The position numbers were made by a program, and so were the translations under genes. From a virus, in IMG/VR virus record IMGVR_UViG_3300029787_000002, positions 32,001 to 96,000 of that record: 64,000 nt of DNA. The stretch is one strand, 5' to 3'. Positions 18,222 to 27,236 of this stretch are shown piece by piece. Each line of letters opens with the position of its first letter. Position 1 is the first letter of the stretch. The notes below the pieces were generated by a model, which was not told where the DNA came from, made no database searches, and saw nothing but the letters and a program-made list of their open reading frames with translations.

Positions 18222-19057
18222 TGACTGTAGCAACATCTTTAAAAACACCTCTTAGATATCCTGGTGGAAAATCTCGTGCTGTTAAAAAGATGGCACCATA
18301 CTTTCCTAATCTAAGTGAGTACACAGAGTATCGCGAACCATTCTTGGGTGGTGGTTCTGTTGCATTGTACGTTACACAACAATACCCTAACATTAGTATT
18401 TGGGTTAATGATTTGTATGAACCATTATATACATTTTGGAAACAGTTGCAGATCTCTGGAGACAAACTAACTAATGAACTCAAACAACTCAAATCAAGAT
18501 ACTCCGATCAGCAATCAGCACGAGGAATCTTCATTGAAGCACGAGAATACCTCAACCGAGAACTCTCTGACAGTGAACCCTTTTATCGTGCCATTAGTTT
18601 TTATGTTGTTAACAAGTGCTCTTTTTCTGGTCTCTCTGAGTCCTCATCCTTTTCTTCCCAAGCGTCCGACCAAAACTTTTCAATGCGAGGAATCGAAAAA
18701 CTCCCTTTCTATTCCCAACTCATCCAAAAGTGGCACATCACTAACTTGTCGTATGAGAAATTGATGACGGATGATGATACTGTATTCTTGTATCTGGATC
18801 CTCCATACTCTATCAAAGACAACCTGTATGGTAAGAAGGGTAGAATGCATAGTGGATTCTCTCATGAAACATTCCATAAAACTTGTGACAAGTATAAGGT
18901 AGATCAAATGATCTCTTACAACTCAGACAATCTAATCAAAGAACGTTTCCAAGGTTGGAAGGCACAAGAATACGATCACACATATACAATGAGATCGGTA
19001 GGTGATTACATGAAGGATCAAGAAAAAAGAAAAGAACTAATCCTATTAAATTATTAA
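18221..19057 (+). CDS. dam: DNA adenine methyltransferase (Dam family)
   Basis: LRYPGGKS, EPFLGGGSV and YLDPPY. Confidence 0.93.
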   Translation: MTVATSLKTPLRYPGGKSRAVKKMAPYFPNLSEYTEYREPFLGGGSVALYVTQQYPNISIWVNDLYEPLYTFWKQLQISGDKLTNELKQLKSRYSDQQSARGIFIEAREYLNRELSDSEPFYRAISFYVVNKCSFSGLSESSSFSSQASDQNFSMRGIEKLPFYSQLIQKWHITNLSYEKLMTDDDTVFLYLDPPYSIKDNLYGKKGRMHSGFSHETFHKTCDKYKVDQMISYNSDNLIKERFQGWKAQEYDHTYTMRSVGDYMKDQEKRKELILLNY

Positions 19058-19058
19058 A

Positions 19059-19721
19059 ATGAACAAAGCACCATACAATCGAAGATCTATACACAAAGAT
19101 GTTTCACACCTACCTTTAGACCAGATTCAATATGCTATCACCCCTCCACTCTTGGAAGAGGAAATAGAACATTGCCGAAGGTCTGATGAGAAGAACCTTA
19201 CCAACTACGCAGGAAAAGTATGCGAAGATTTGGTAAAGTCTTACTGTGCAGAGAACAGATGGAATGTAGCAGAACCTGAGATTGATATGGGAATTGACTT
19301 GCTTATCAATAGAAGTAATAGGTGGGACAAAGTTCAAGTTAAGAAAGTTGTTTTCTGGGAAACTGACTATGGATTGATGACACAGAAGTTTCAGTTTCAA
19401 TCAGGTGGTATATCAAAGGATGTAAGATTACGTCATCGTCAATCAAGTCCTGATGACTTTGATTCATTCATTCATGTATTGTCAACTCCATATCGCCAAC
19501 TTATATTTGAGACTCCCGTAGATCAAATCCCTTTGAAAAAGGATGGTACTTTTATACAATCAAGAGGGACAGTTATTACTCAGAATTATAAGAAAGCACC
19601 GAAGGGGTATGTTGATTGGGGACAAAATATGGTAAGATGTTTATACCATCCTAAATTGTTTCTAACCTTCCCTGAGTTCTGGAACACAAGAGATAGCAAT
19701 CTTTCAACTTTATTATCATGA
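19059..19721 (+). CDS. Putative PD-(D/E)XK endonuclease
   Basis: G..CE..V.....W.V..PE.D.GIDLLI......KVQVK pattern. Confidence 0.7.
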   Translation: MNKAPYNRRSIHKDVSHLPLDQIQYAITPPLLEEEIEHCRRSDEKNLTNYAGKVCEDLVKSYCAENRWNVAEPEIDMGIDLLINRSNRWDKVQVKKVVFWETDYGLMTQKFQFQSGGISKDVRLRHRQSSPDDFDSFIHVLSTPYRQLIFETPVDQIPLKKDGTFIQSRGTVITQNYKKAPKGYVDWGQNMVRCLYHPKLFLTFPEFWNTRDSNLSTLLS

Positions 19722-20122
19722 AATACGATGACAGATATCCTCTAAAGGATTATCTAAACTCTATCAATCTCAACAAAGAGGACTTGATGGACGGTGAAGA
19801 TCCTACATGGGAAAAGAAGTACCCTGCTTTCATTATTAATAAATGCATGTCTCATCATATGGACACAGTTCTATATGCTAACGAGATGAATATGTATCCA
19901 AACTTACCTAATCGTATGCAGTATGATTTTTTTATACATATAGTACGACCCCGAAAGAGATTCTCTCCTTGGGGAAAGAAGGAAAAGGTGAATGATCTTG
20001 AACTTGTCAAGGAATACTATGGTTATAGTAATGAAAAGGCAAAACAAGCATTGCGTATCCTATCTCCTAATCATCTAGACTACATTAAAGACAAACTGAA
20101 CAAAGGGGGTAAGAAAAGATGA
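19718..20122 (+). CDS. g62: Clamp loader small subunit gp62
   Basis: YPAFIINK, ANEMN, RKRFSPW and YYGYSNEKA. Confidence 0.93.
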   Translation: MKYDDRYPLKDYLNSINLNKEDLMDGEDPTWEKKYPAFIINKCMSHHMDTVLYANEMNMYPNLPNRMQYDFFIHIVRPRKRFSPWGKKEKVNDLELVKEYYGYSNEKAKQALRILSPNHLDYIKDKLNKGGKKR

Positions 20123-20541
20123 GTGAAGGTAATGAAGTCCAATGGACTAAAGAGAATATGATTGAAGTGAACCTCAAGGAACCTGACGATTTCTTGAAAG
20201 TTCGCGAAACACTTACCCGTATTGGAGTTGCCTCCCGTAAGGAAAAGAAACTGTATCAGTCCTGCCACATTCTACATAAAAAAGGACAATACTATATCGT
20301 ACATTTTAAAGAACTATTTGCATTAGACGGAAAGAAAGCAAACTTATCAGACAACGATGTACAAAGACGAAACAGAATAATCAAACTATTATCTGATTGG
20401 GGTCTAGTCGAGATTGTAAAGGAAGACAGCATTAAAGGTGTAGCACCACTAAGTCAAATCAAAGTTATTGCATACAAAGAAAAGGGGGACTGGACACTAG
20501 AGTCTAAATACAATATCGGAAAGAAACGCACTACAGAATGA
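20119..20541 (+). CDS. regA: Translational repressor RegA
   Basis: DDFLKVRETLTRIG and LYQSCHILHK.G.YYIVHFKELF. Confidence 0.97.
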   Translation: MSEGNEVQWTKENMIEVNLKEPDDFLKVRETLTRIGVASRKEKKLYQSCHILHKKGQYYIVHFKELFALDGKKANLSDNDVQRRNRIIKLLSDWGLVEIVKEDSIKGVAPLSQIKVIAYKEKGDWTLESKYNIGKKRTTE

Positions 20542-21188
20542 GCGACTTTAATTATCATGTCCAGTGGTTTAAAAGTCCTGGATACCTACTAGCAGAGGTT
20601 CCCCCTGCAGTAGTTGAAGAATTACAGCATAGCATCAACACAGTCTCTAAGACCCCTGAGACGGACGCTAGAGGCATTCTGAGAGGGCATATAGAAGAAG
20701 AGTGGACTTTACCCCTATCTAAGGAGATAAGTGGGTTCACTCGCTGCCTTTCATACGAATATATCAAGCAGTTTGGTTTCCAACCTGCTATGGGTGTAGC
20801 AGAGACGATGAGAGAAATCAATGAGTGTGACTTTAAACTACAAAGACTTTGGGTAAACTTTCAAAGTAAATACGACTTCAACCCTCTGCATATACACAGT
20901 GGGTTATTTTCGTTTGTGATTTGGGTACAAGTTCCATACGACCTAGAAGAAGAGAGAAGGAGATATAAGACAAATGGAAATGAGACTGCAGCATTCATGT
21001 TCCAGTACAACACAGCACTAGGTGGACTAGATACAGAATACCTTTACATAGATAAAACTTGGGAATGGAAGATAGCATTCTTCCCTGCACGCCTTAATCA
21101 CGGTGTTAATCCGTTTTATACTACAGATGATCACCGCATCTCAATAAGTGGAAATCTTTATGTTATAGATAATAATACAATAGAATAA
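20538..21188 (+). CDS. 2OG-Fe(II) oxygenase
   Basis: WVNFQ..YDFNPLHIH, FFPA.L.HGV.PF and RISISGN. Confidence 0.85.
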   Translation: MSDFNYHVQWFKSPGYLLAEVPPAVVEELQHSINTVSKTPETDARGILRGHIEEEWTLPLSKEISGFTRCLSYEYIKQFGFQPAMGVAETMREINECDFKLQRLWVNFQSKYDFNPLHIHSGLFSFVIWVQVPYDLEEERRRYKTNGNETAAFMFQYNTALGGLDTEYLYIDKTWEWKIAFFPARLNHGVNPFYTTDDHRISISGNLYVIDNNTIE

Positions 21189-21193
21189 TTATC

Positions 21194-21607
21194 ATGGCAG
21201 ATGCAGTTAAAAAAGAAGACCCTAAGAAGGGTATCTTAGGTAAACTTAAAGAAGCAGCAGAGGATAAAGAGGAGCAACTTGCTATCCTTTCTACCTTTGT
21301 GCGACTTGGAATTTTGATTTGGTCTGGTGGAATCTTAACATTAGCGTATGTTGATCTACCACCTGCATTGAAAATTCCTAAACAGGACATGGATCCAACT
21401 TTCATAGCTTCGGTCTTCACAGGAGTCGTAGCTACCTTCGGTGTCCAAGCGGGAGGTAAGAAAAAGAATGGTGATGGTGGTGGTAGTGCAAACATATCTA
21501 AAAAAGATATGGAGTTTCTTATCGCTAAGGCATCAGAGACTGCTCCTGCTCAAACTATAAGGATCGAACAAGGTCCTGTAAAAATTGTCCCTTCTGATAC
21601 TAAGTAA
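21194..21607 (+). CDS. Two-TM membrane protein
   Basis: Hydrophobic segments LSTFVRLGILIWSGGILTLAYV and FIASVFTGVVATFGV. Confidence 0.75.
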   Translation: MADAVKKEDPKKGILGKLKEAAEDKEEQLAILSTFVRLGILIWSGGILTLAYVDLPPALKIPKQDMDPTFIASVFTGVVATFGVQAGGKKKNGDGGGSANISKKDMEFLIAKASETAPAQTIRIEQGPVKIVPSDTK

Positions 21608-21612
21608 TCATC

Positions 21613-21849
21613 ATGCAAAAAATTATTAACGTTCTTGCCCTCGCATCATTCACTGTTTCTATTTCCGCTGTTGGTGGTGCTGTGTATGTGTATACACAGA
21701 AAGATGCCATCATCGAAGATCTAAAAGAGAAAGCGTTAGGTTCTTTAGGTGCAGGAATCTCTTCAGCACTCCCTAATGTAGTCGAAGGTATCATGCCTGA
21801 GACAACAGGACCTGCTATCCCAGATGTTAAATTGCCTTCAATGCCATGA
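21613..21849 (+). CDS. Membrane-anchored small protein
   Basis: N-terminal TM segment and Pro-rich tail. Confidence 0.7.
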   Translation: MQKIINVLALASFTVSISAVGGAVYVYTQKDAIIEDLKEKALGSLGAGISSALPNVVEGIMPETTGPAIPDVKLPSMP

Positions 21850-22460
21850 ACACTAAATGGATATCAATCGGTATAATCGGTAGTTTGTTTGCTGCTTCTC
21901 ATATCGGTATGATTGGTATGCTTGCAACTAGAAATGGTTCCAAACTACCTGAGTTAAACATGCCTGTAGGACCTTATACTTCTTATGTTGCTACTGCAGA
22001 CGAAGATGGGTATAAGATCAGTTACAGTGCCAATGATCCTAAGACGATGCACATCACTAAGGACATTGTGAAACCTTCTGGGTTTCTCGGATTCGGGAAA
22101 ACCAAGACACAAGTTGTTGAAGAGTATGTCATGGACGGATCAACCAATCAAGGTGGACCTGTATCTAATGCTCGCTCATGGCAAGATGGTAGTGCAGGAG
22201 GTAAATCAGGAATCTCAAAAAAGTCTGTCGCGTGTATCGAGGCGGTCGGTGGTGGCAAGCAAACGGGACGTCTTGTCGGTACTAGTGTAGGTGCTGCTGT
22301 TGCTCCTGCTGTCACTGGAATCCCATTTGTTGGTTGGTTAGCAGCAGGTTGGATTGCTATGTTCGGTGGAGAACAAGGTTCAGAGATAGGTGGTAATATG
22401 GTTAATGATCTTAATGATGCATGTGAGGTAACTGAAGATGTCGGAGATACCAACGATTAG
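21846..22460 (+). CDS. Membrane protein with C-terminal glycine zipper
   Basis: N-terminal anchor; G..VG..VGA....IPFVGW.AAG...G...GS.IGG bracketed by two Cys. Confidence 0.75.
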   Translation: MNTKWISIGIIGSLFAASHIGMIGMLATRNGSKLPELNMPVGPYTSYVATADEDGYKISYSANDPKTMHITKDIVKPSGFLGFGKTKTQVVEEYVMDGSTNQGGPVSNARSWQDGSAGGKSGISKKSVACIEAVGGGKQTGRLVGTSVGAAVAPAVTGIPFVGWLAAGWIAMFGGEQGSEIGGNMVNDLNDACEVTEDVGDTND

Positions 22461-23220
22461 GATTGACGGTGGTTCAATTAGAACCATCAATATCCGAAAC
22501 AATTTCATCAGTGATATACCGAAATGGTTAACATCGGATCCCCCTATGGCGATTCCGATATATCCTCCTGTCACTCAACAGATTGGTGTACCCATCATTG
22601 ACATTCCTGGATGTGTTGAGGCACATGAAAGTAGTGATAAGAATGATAATATTGTAGGTGACGATCCTAAAGGTGCGAAGATATTTTGTGATGCAGGTTT
22701 ACCTTCATTCAATCCTATTGATTACTCACCAGAACAGTTACAGTATGAAATGCAGGCACCAGTTCCACCTGTAGCACCTCCTCCAGATGATGTAGAAACT
22801 GATACTGATATACCTCCAGTCAAACCTCCACCTACTGAGTGCCCTGGACCTAATCAACCTAGAGTTGGTGACCTAACAGCAAGTGGAGATGAAAGAGTTA
22901 TTGGTCACGAACTAAGTGAAGATGGTAAAATCTGTGTAATATTATATGAAGATACAACTGCAGTTGAAAAATTTCTACCAACTGCAAATCAAGTTAGCAC
23001 TACTGCATCAATTGCTGTAGTAGCTACCGCTGCTGCTGCAGCAACACCATTATTATTGAGAGTTGTTAAACCTATAGTCAAGCAAATTATTAAAAAGGTT
23101 CAAAAGTTACTAGGTAAAGAACCTCGTCAACCTACTAGAATTGAAGTTAAGGCAAACGCGATCCGTCAAAAGAGAGGGTTACCTCCTTTAAAAGTGAAGC
23201 ATCCGAAGAAACCTCGTTAG
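22438..23220 (+). CDS. Pro/Cys-rich protein with C-terminal TM and basic tail
   Basis: Four Cys, Pro tracts, hydrophobic IAVVATAAAAATPLLL and a Lys/Arg-rich end. Confidence 0.75.
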   Translation: MSEIPTIRIDGGSIRTINIRNNFISDIPKWLTSDPPMAIPIYPPVTQQIGVPIIDIPGCVEAHESSDKNDNIVGDDPKGAKIFCDAGLPSFNPIDYSPEQLQYEMQAPVPPVAPPPDDVETDTDIPPVKPPPTECPGPNQPRVGDLTASGDERVIGHELSEDGKICVILYEDTTAVEKFLPTANQVSTTASIAVVATAAAAATPLLLRVVKPIVKQIIKKVQKLLGKEPRQPTRIEVKANAIRQKRGLPPLKVKHPKKPR

Positions 23221-23880
23221 GTGTAATCTTATGAACGTGGGGTTTAATAGTATTAACACCTTGTACTACCACGTCAGCACACACAGAATAATAAGGTGAC
23301 TTTGGATGGAAGGATATACCCTCTTTCATTAATGAACCGCAATTTTTCAATCTCGCGATCTCAAAATCCAAGCGTTTATTAGCATTCATCTGATTCATCA
23401 ATGCGATGTTTGATGCTGCTGCTTCTTTACATAGTTTCTGCAGTTTCTTATCCATGGGGTTAGACCATGTAGCAGACACACCTATACTTAAATTATAATT
23501 ATCTTTCTGTCCTGTTCTTGTTGGAACAAAATATAAAATCTCTCCTGGATTATCGGGCACTCCATTATCATCTGCGTCTAACATATTGTAGACTGGAGAA
23601 TCCCAGTATTGTTCGTTTGGTTTTTGTGCTGATGCACTACCTGTAATGTATGGCGTGACATTCATAGTCGGTCCTTGACATTGAATGCCATTACCATAAG
23701 TGTTAGTTATATATGGACCTTGTAAAACCTGAATAGCTTGATTGGTCACTGAGCCTGAACTATTCGCAACGGGAGCAGCAGTTGCACTTACACCACCAAC
23801 AGTCTCTGCGTTAACAGAAGGCATAAACCCAGTCATAGCAAGGGATGTTGCTACTGGGAGAAGATACTTGTGGTATCTGT
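23147..23880 (-). CDS. Secreted/envelope protein, start uncertain
   Basis: Signal-like stretch ending PSVNA/ETVGGVSATAAPVANSSGSVTNQAIQ; four Cys; RLDFEIARLKNCG motif. Confidence 0.7.
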
Positions 23881-24303
23881 TACGCTTGTAACCTCGGTAG
23901 TCCTCTGGATTACCGTGTGATTTGAAAGACCTGGGGATTGATAGGTCTCTGTGAACTGAAACGCTGCCCCTGGTGTTGTCTGTGTGAACGTTGGTTTCGT
24001 TCCTATTCCTGTCCATGTCGAAGTCACTCCTTCAATAATTACGTTTGATTTCTCAGTGGTAGGGGATAGATTACCACTTGCAGATACGCCTGAACCAGTT
24101 ACCGAAAATTGATACCCAGTATTGTAGTCCATCGAATTGATGGTTTCTGTCACTTTTGATGTCGTTTCCGTGTGAGAAGTCATTGATCCCTGTTGGAAAT
24201 TTGGCACCACGGGGACAGCAATCGCAGGCGTAGTACTTACCAAAGTAATAACCGCACCTAGGACATATGTCCTCCTTGCTAATATATATGAAAGGTTCTG
24301 CAT
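23851..24303 (-). CDS. Secreted Ser/Thr-rich beta protein
   Basis: Signal peptide ending AIA/VPVVPNFQQG; alternating S/T strands. Confidence 0.78.
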   Translation of the reverse strand: MQNLSYILARRTYVLGAVITLVSTTPAIAVPVVPNFQQGSMTSHTETTSKVTETINSMDYNTGYQFSVTGSGVSASGNLSPTTEKSNVIIEGVTSTWTGIGTKPTFTQTTPGAAFQFTETYQSPGLSNHTVIQRTTEVTSVTDTTSIFSQ

Positions 24304-24325
24304 GGTAATCTTTCTCCACTAAACT

Positions 24326-24874
24326 TTAGTCAAAGACAGAGATTTCACTAACAAATTGACCAGTAGTTGTAGTACCTGCTAGACCTGTACCTGTTAGAGT
24401 AACAGCGTGTCCGTTGGTAACAGTACCTGGTGCATTAGCAGACGCTGATACACTACCTGCAGTGTAGTGAACTTGATTACCAAACGTTGCTTCATCAGCA
24501 CCTGATCCTCCAACATCACCTTGTGTGAATGACTGACTGAAATTGAATGATCCTGAACATGCTAGGTCACTTCCTGAACTTGATCCTGTGCATCCATTTT
24601 GAACACCAGTAATTGCTCCAACTGTTCCAACACCCGTAGTAGCACTATAGGAGTTAATGCCAATACCACCATCTACAGCACTACCACCTGTTGGTGTATG
24701 TGTTGTGACTACATTCGTACCAGAGATTGAGAAAGCATTACCAACTCTATTGTAAGATTTGTACCCTGCTTCCACCGTATGTTGTAAACTAGACTGATGT
24801 TTACTAACTATTCCACCCGCATGAGCAGGAATTCCTGCCATGAGTAACATAACCAGAGGTAAAATTTTCTTCAT
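24326..24874 (-). CDS. Secreted Gly/Ser/Thr-rich beta protein
   Basis: Classic signal peptide MKKILPLVMLLMAGIPAHA. Confidence 0.8.
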   Translation of the reverse strand: MKKILPLVMLLMAGIPAHAGGIVSKHQSSLQHTVEAGYKSYNRVGNAFSISGTNVVTTHTPTGGSAVDGGIGINSYSATTGVGTVGAITGVQNGCTGSSSGSDLACSGSFNFSQSFTQGDVGGSGADEATFGNQVHYTAGSVSASANAPGTVTNGHAVTLTGTGLAGTTTTGQFVSEISVFD

Positions 24875-24979
24875 TTTTACTCATGATTGAGATCTACCAC
24901 TATATAGGTTAGGTATTTCCTACAAAAGGGTTCGGACTGTACACTATCAGTTAGGGACTGGAATGTAGTTAAATATAAC

Positions 24980-25026
24980 TGTGATGCTTCGGGTCACACA
25001 TTCACACTCGCTTAATAAGGAGCACT
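24980..25026 (+). promoter_or_regulatory. ROSE-like RNA thermometer in the hsp20 5' UTR
   Basis: C(UUCG)G hairpin at 24980-24998, then CUCGCUU-AAU-AAGGAG hairpin that pairs the SD with a bulged G. Confidence 0.6.
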
Positions 25027-25476
25027 ATGACAAACTTACAAAAATGGTCCTCGAAGGACGTTAATGCAATTTTTGATGCAGCAAACCGCTACAGTGTAGG
25101 ACTAGATGATTTGTTCTACAGACTGCATTCATACGGAGCAGGATCTCCAGGTGGAGCATACCCTCCATACAATATCGTCAAAGAATCAAATGTTAAATGG
25201 CGTATTGAACTAGCACTAGCAGGATGGAAGAAAGAAGATATTGAAGTTACTACTGAATCTAACATTATGATTGTCAAATCAAAATGCCAAGAAGAAGCAC
25301 CAGATCAAGAACAATATCTACACAAAGGTGTGGCAGGTAGATCTTTCACACGAGGGTTCAACTTATCCGACGATGTAGAGATCGGTGAAGTTGCGTTTAA
25401 TAATGGTTTGCTAACAATCGAGTTAAAGAAAGTTATACCTGAACATCAAAAACTCAAGTCATACACTATCTCTTGA
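25027..25476 (+). CDS. hsp20: Small heat-shock protein Hsp20 (IbpA-like)
   Basis: YPPYNI, IELALAG, YLHKGVA.RSF.R.F.L and NGLLTI.L. Confidence 0.95.
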   Translation: MTNLQKWSSKDVNAIFDAANRYSVGLDDLFYRLHSYGAGSPGGAYPPYNIVKESNVKWRIELALAGWKKEDIEVTTESNIMIVKSKCQEEAPDQEQYLHKGVAGRSFTRGFNLSDDVEIGEVAFNNGLLTIELKKVIPEHQKLKSYTIS

Positions 25477-25480
25477 AAAC

Positions 25481-25525
25481 CTTAAACTGACCTTTACCCA
25501 AAACTATGGGCAACTGTGCTATATT
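25481..25525 (+). promoter_or_regulatory. Pho-box-like repeats and extended -10
   Basis: CTTAAACT (25481) and CTTTACCC (25492) at 11-bp spacing; TG-n-TATATT at 25517-25525; upstream of the barrel-pstS operon. Confidence 0.6.
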
Positions 25526-25577
25526 ACATAGGTGTTCTGATATACCAGAATACCTTGTAAATTTACACAAAAAACAA

Positions 25578-25937
25578 ATGAAAGCATTCGCAGTTGCCCT
25601 GCTCGGTTTGGCGATCTCCGCCCCCGTCATGGCAGGTCCATACGTTGAGTCCAAACACGAGTTCAAAGGGACTGATGAAGACTACAGTAAGGCAGTCCAC
25701 CAAGGACGTGTCGGTTATTCAACCAAGTCAGGTCGTTTCTCTCCATATATTGAAGGTGGTTTTGGTGTTTCCGTTCCTGAGAGTGGGGATAATGAAACAT
25801 TCAAAGTTATTGAAGTTGGTAGTAAAGTAAAGATCACTGACAAGTTCGGTGCTTATGGTAAGTGGGAGAACAAATTCCAAGATAGCGATGACACTCGCGA
25901 TTGGAAGTTTGAAGTTGGCACCAAGTACAAATTCTAA
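25578..25937 (+). CDS. Small outer-membrane beta-barrel protein (cyanophage pstS-linked family)
   Basis: Signal peptide ending VMA/GPYVE, amphipathic strands and C-terminal GTKYKF. Confidence 0.8.
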   Translation: MKAFAVALLGLAISAPVMAGPYVESKHEFKGTDEDYSKAVHQGRVGYSTKSGRFSPYIEGGFGVSVPESGDNETFKVIEVGSKVKITDKFGAYGKWENKFQDSDDTRDWKFEVGTKYKF

Positions 25938-25948
25938 GGGATTGACCA

Positions 25949-26950
25949 ATGAAACGTTCACTCGCTTTAATCGCAGCAGGTTTGACTGCTGCTCTCGCTA
26001 TTCCTACAGGAGCAAACGCTTTCTGGTGGGGTGGAGAAGAAAAGAAAGAAGAATTTAGAATCAATGGTGCAGGTGCATCATTCCCTGCCATGTTGTATGC
26101 CAACTGGTTTAATTCATTCTCAAAAGAAACTGGTAACAAAGTCAACTACCAAGCAGTTGGTAGTGGTGCAGGTGTTCGTCAGTTTATTGCTAAGACAGTG
26201 GACTTCGGTGCCTCTGATGGTGCTGTAAAGGACAGTAAGCAACCTGCTGAAGGTATGGTTCACATTCCTATGACTGGTGGTGCTATTGTTCCTGCTTATA
26301 ATAATCCTGGTTGTGATCTGAAGATGACACAACTGGAACTTGCTGATGTCTTCCTTGGTAAGATTGCTGATTGGTCTTACTTCGGTTGTGAGGGTGGTGT
26401 TATTAAAACTGTTCATCGTTCTGATGGATCTGGTACTACTAAGGGTTTCACTAACTCTTTGTCAGCATTCTCTCCTGAGTGGAAGAAGACTGTAGGCACA
26501 GGTAAGTCAGTAAAATGGCCAGTTGGTATTGGTGGTAAAGGTAACAGTGGTGTTGCTGCTTCTATCAAACTTACACCTGGTGCTATTGGTTATGTTAACT
26601 ATGGTTATGTGCAAAATGAGGAAGCACTTGAGCAACCTGCACTTCAAAACAAGGCAGGTAACTTTGTGAAGGCATCTGCTGAGACTGCTTCTGCAGGTCT
26701 TGGTAAGATTATTCTTGATGATCAACTTCGTGGTGCTGATGCTAACCCTGCAGGTGATAACTCATACCCAATCGTTTCTTTGACTTGGATTCTTGCATAC
26801 CCTGAGTATGATAAGAATGAAGCAGTGAAGGAAACTCTTCGTTATGCACTGACTCCTACTCAACAGCAGAAGGCAGACAGTCTTGGTTATGTTCCTCTTC
26901 CTGAGGAGTTGAGATTGAAGGCACTTGAGGCAGTAGAAAGTCTCAAATAA
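25949..26950 (+). CDS. pstS: Phosphate-binding protein PstS
   Basis: GAGASFP, YQAVGSGAG, DFGASD and RSDGSGTT. Confidence 0.96.
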   Translation: MKRSLALIAAGLTAALAIPTGANAFWWGGEEKKEEFRINGAGASFPAMLYANWFNSFSKETGNKVNYQAVGSGAGVRQFIAKTVDFGASDGAVKDSKQPAEGMVHIPMTGGAIVPAYNNPGCDLKMTQLELADVFLGKIADWSYFGCEGGVIKTVHRSDGSGTTKGFTNSLSAFSPEWKKTVGTGKSVKWPVGIGGKGNSGVAASIKLTPGAIGYVNYGYVQNEEALEQPALQNKAGNFVKASAETASAGLGKIILDDQLRGADANPAGDNSYPIVSLTWILAYPEYDKNEAVKETLRYALTPTQQQKADSLGYVPLPEELRLKALEAVESLK

Positions 26951-26978
26951 TCTGCATACATAATAATGAAACTAAACG

Positions 26979-27005
26979 GAGACCTTTCGCAGGTCTCTTT
27001 TTTTA
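26979..27005 (+). terminator. Intrinsic terminator after pstS
   Basis: GAGACCT-TTCGC-AGGTCTC followed by a T run. Confidence 0.88.
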
Positions 27006-27236
27006 ATGAATATCTATTTGAATTTAAAACCAAATAATTACGATGGAGAATCGGATCTCCTAACATTAGACTTGCCAAAGGATCATTTAGATGATATAAT
27101 GCGTTATGTGAGACCAATTGCTGATAACACTAAGCAAGCAGATCACCAGGTCCTAAAGGATCTGATCAAAGAGTGTATGTTAACTATTTCACAAAGGAAC
27201 TATGAGCGTAAGAATCGTAAGAACAAAAAGCGGTGA
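27006..27236 (+). CDS. Hypothetical protein
   Basis: 76-aa ORF with a basic C-terminus. Confidence 0.6.
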   Translation: MNIYLNLKPNNYDGESDLLTLDLPKDHLDDIMRYVRPIADNTKQADHQVLKDLIKECMLTISQRNYERKNRKNKKR

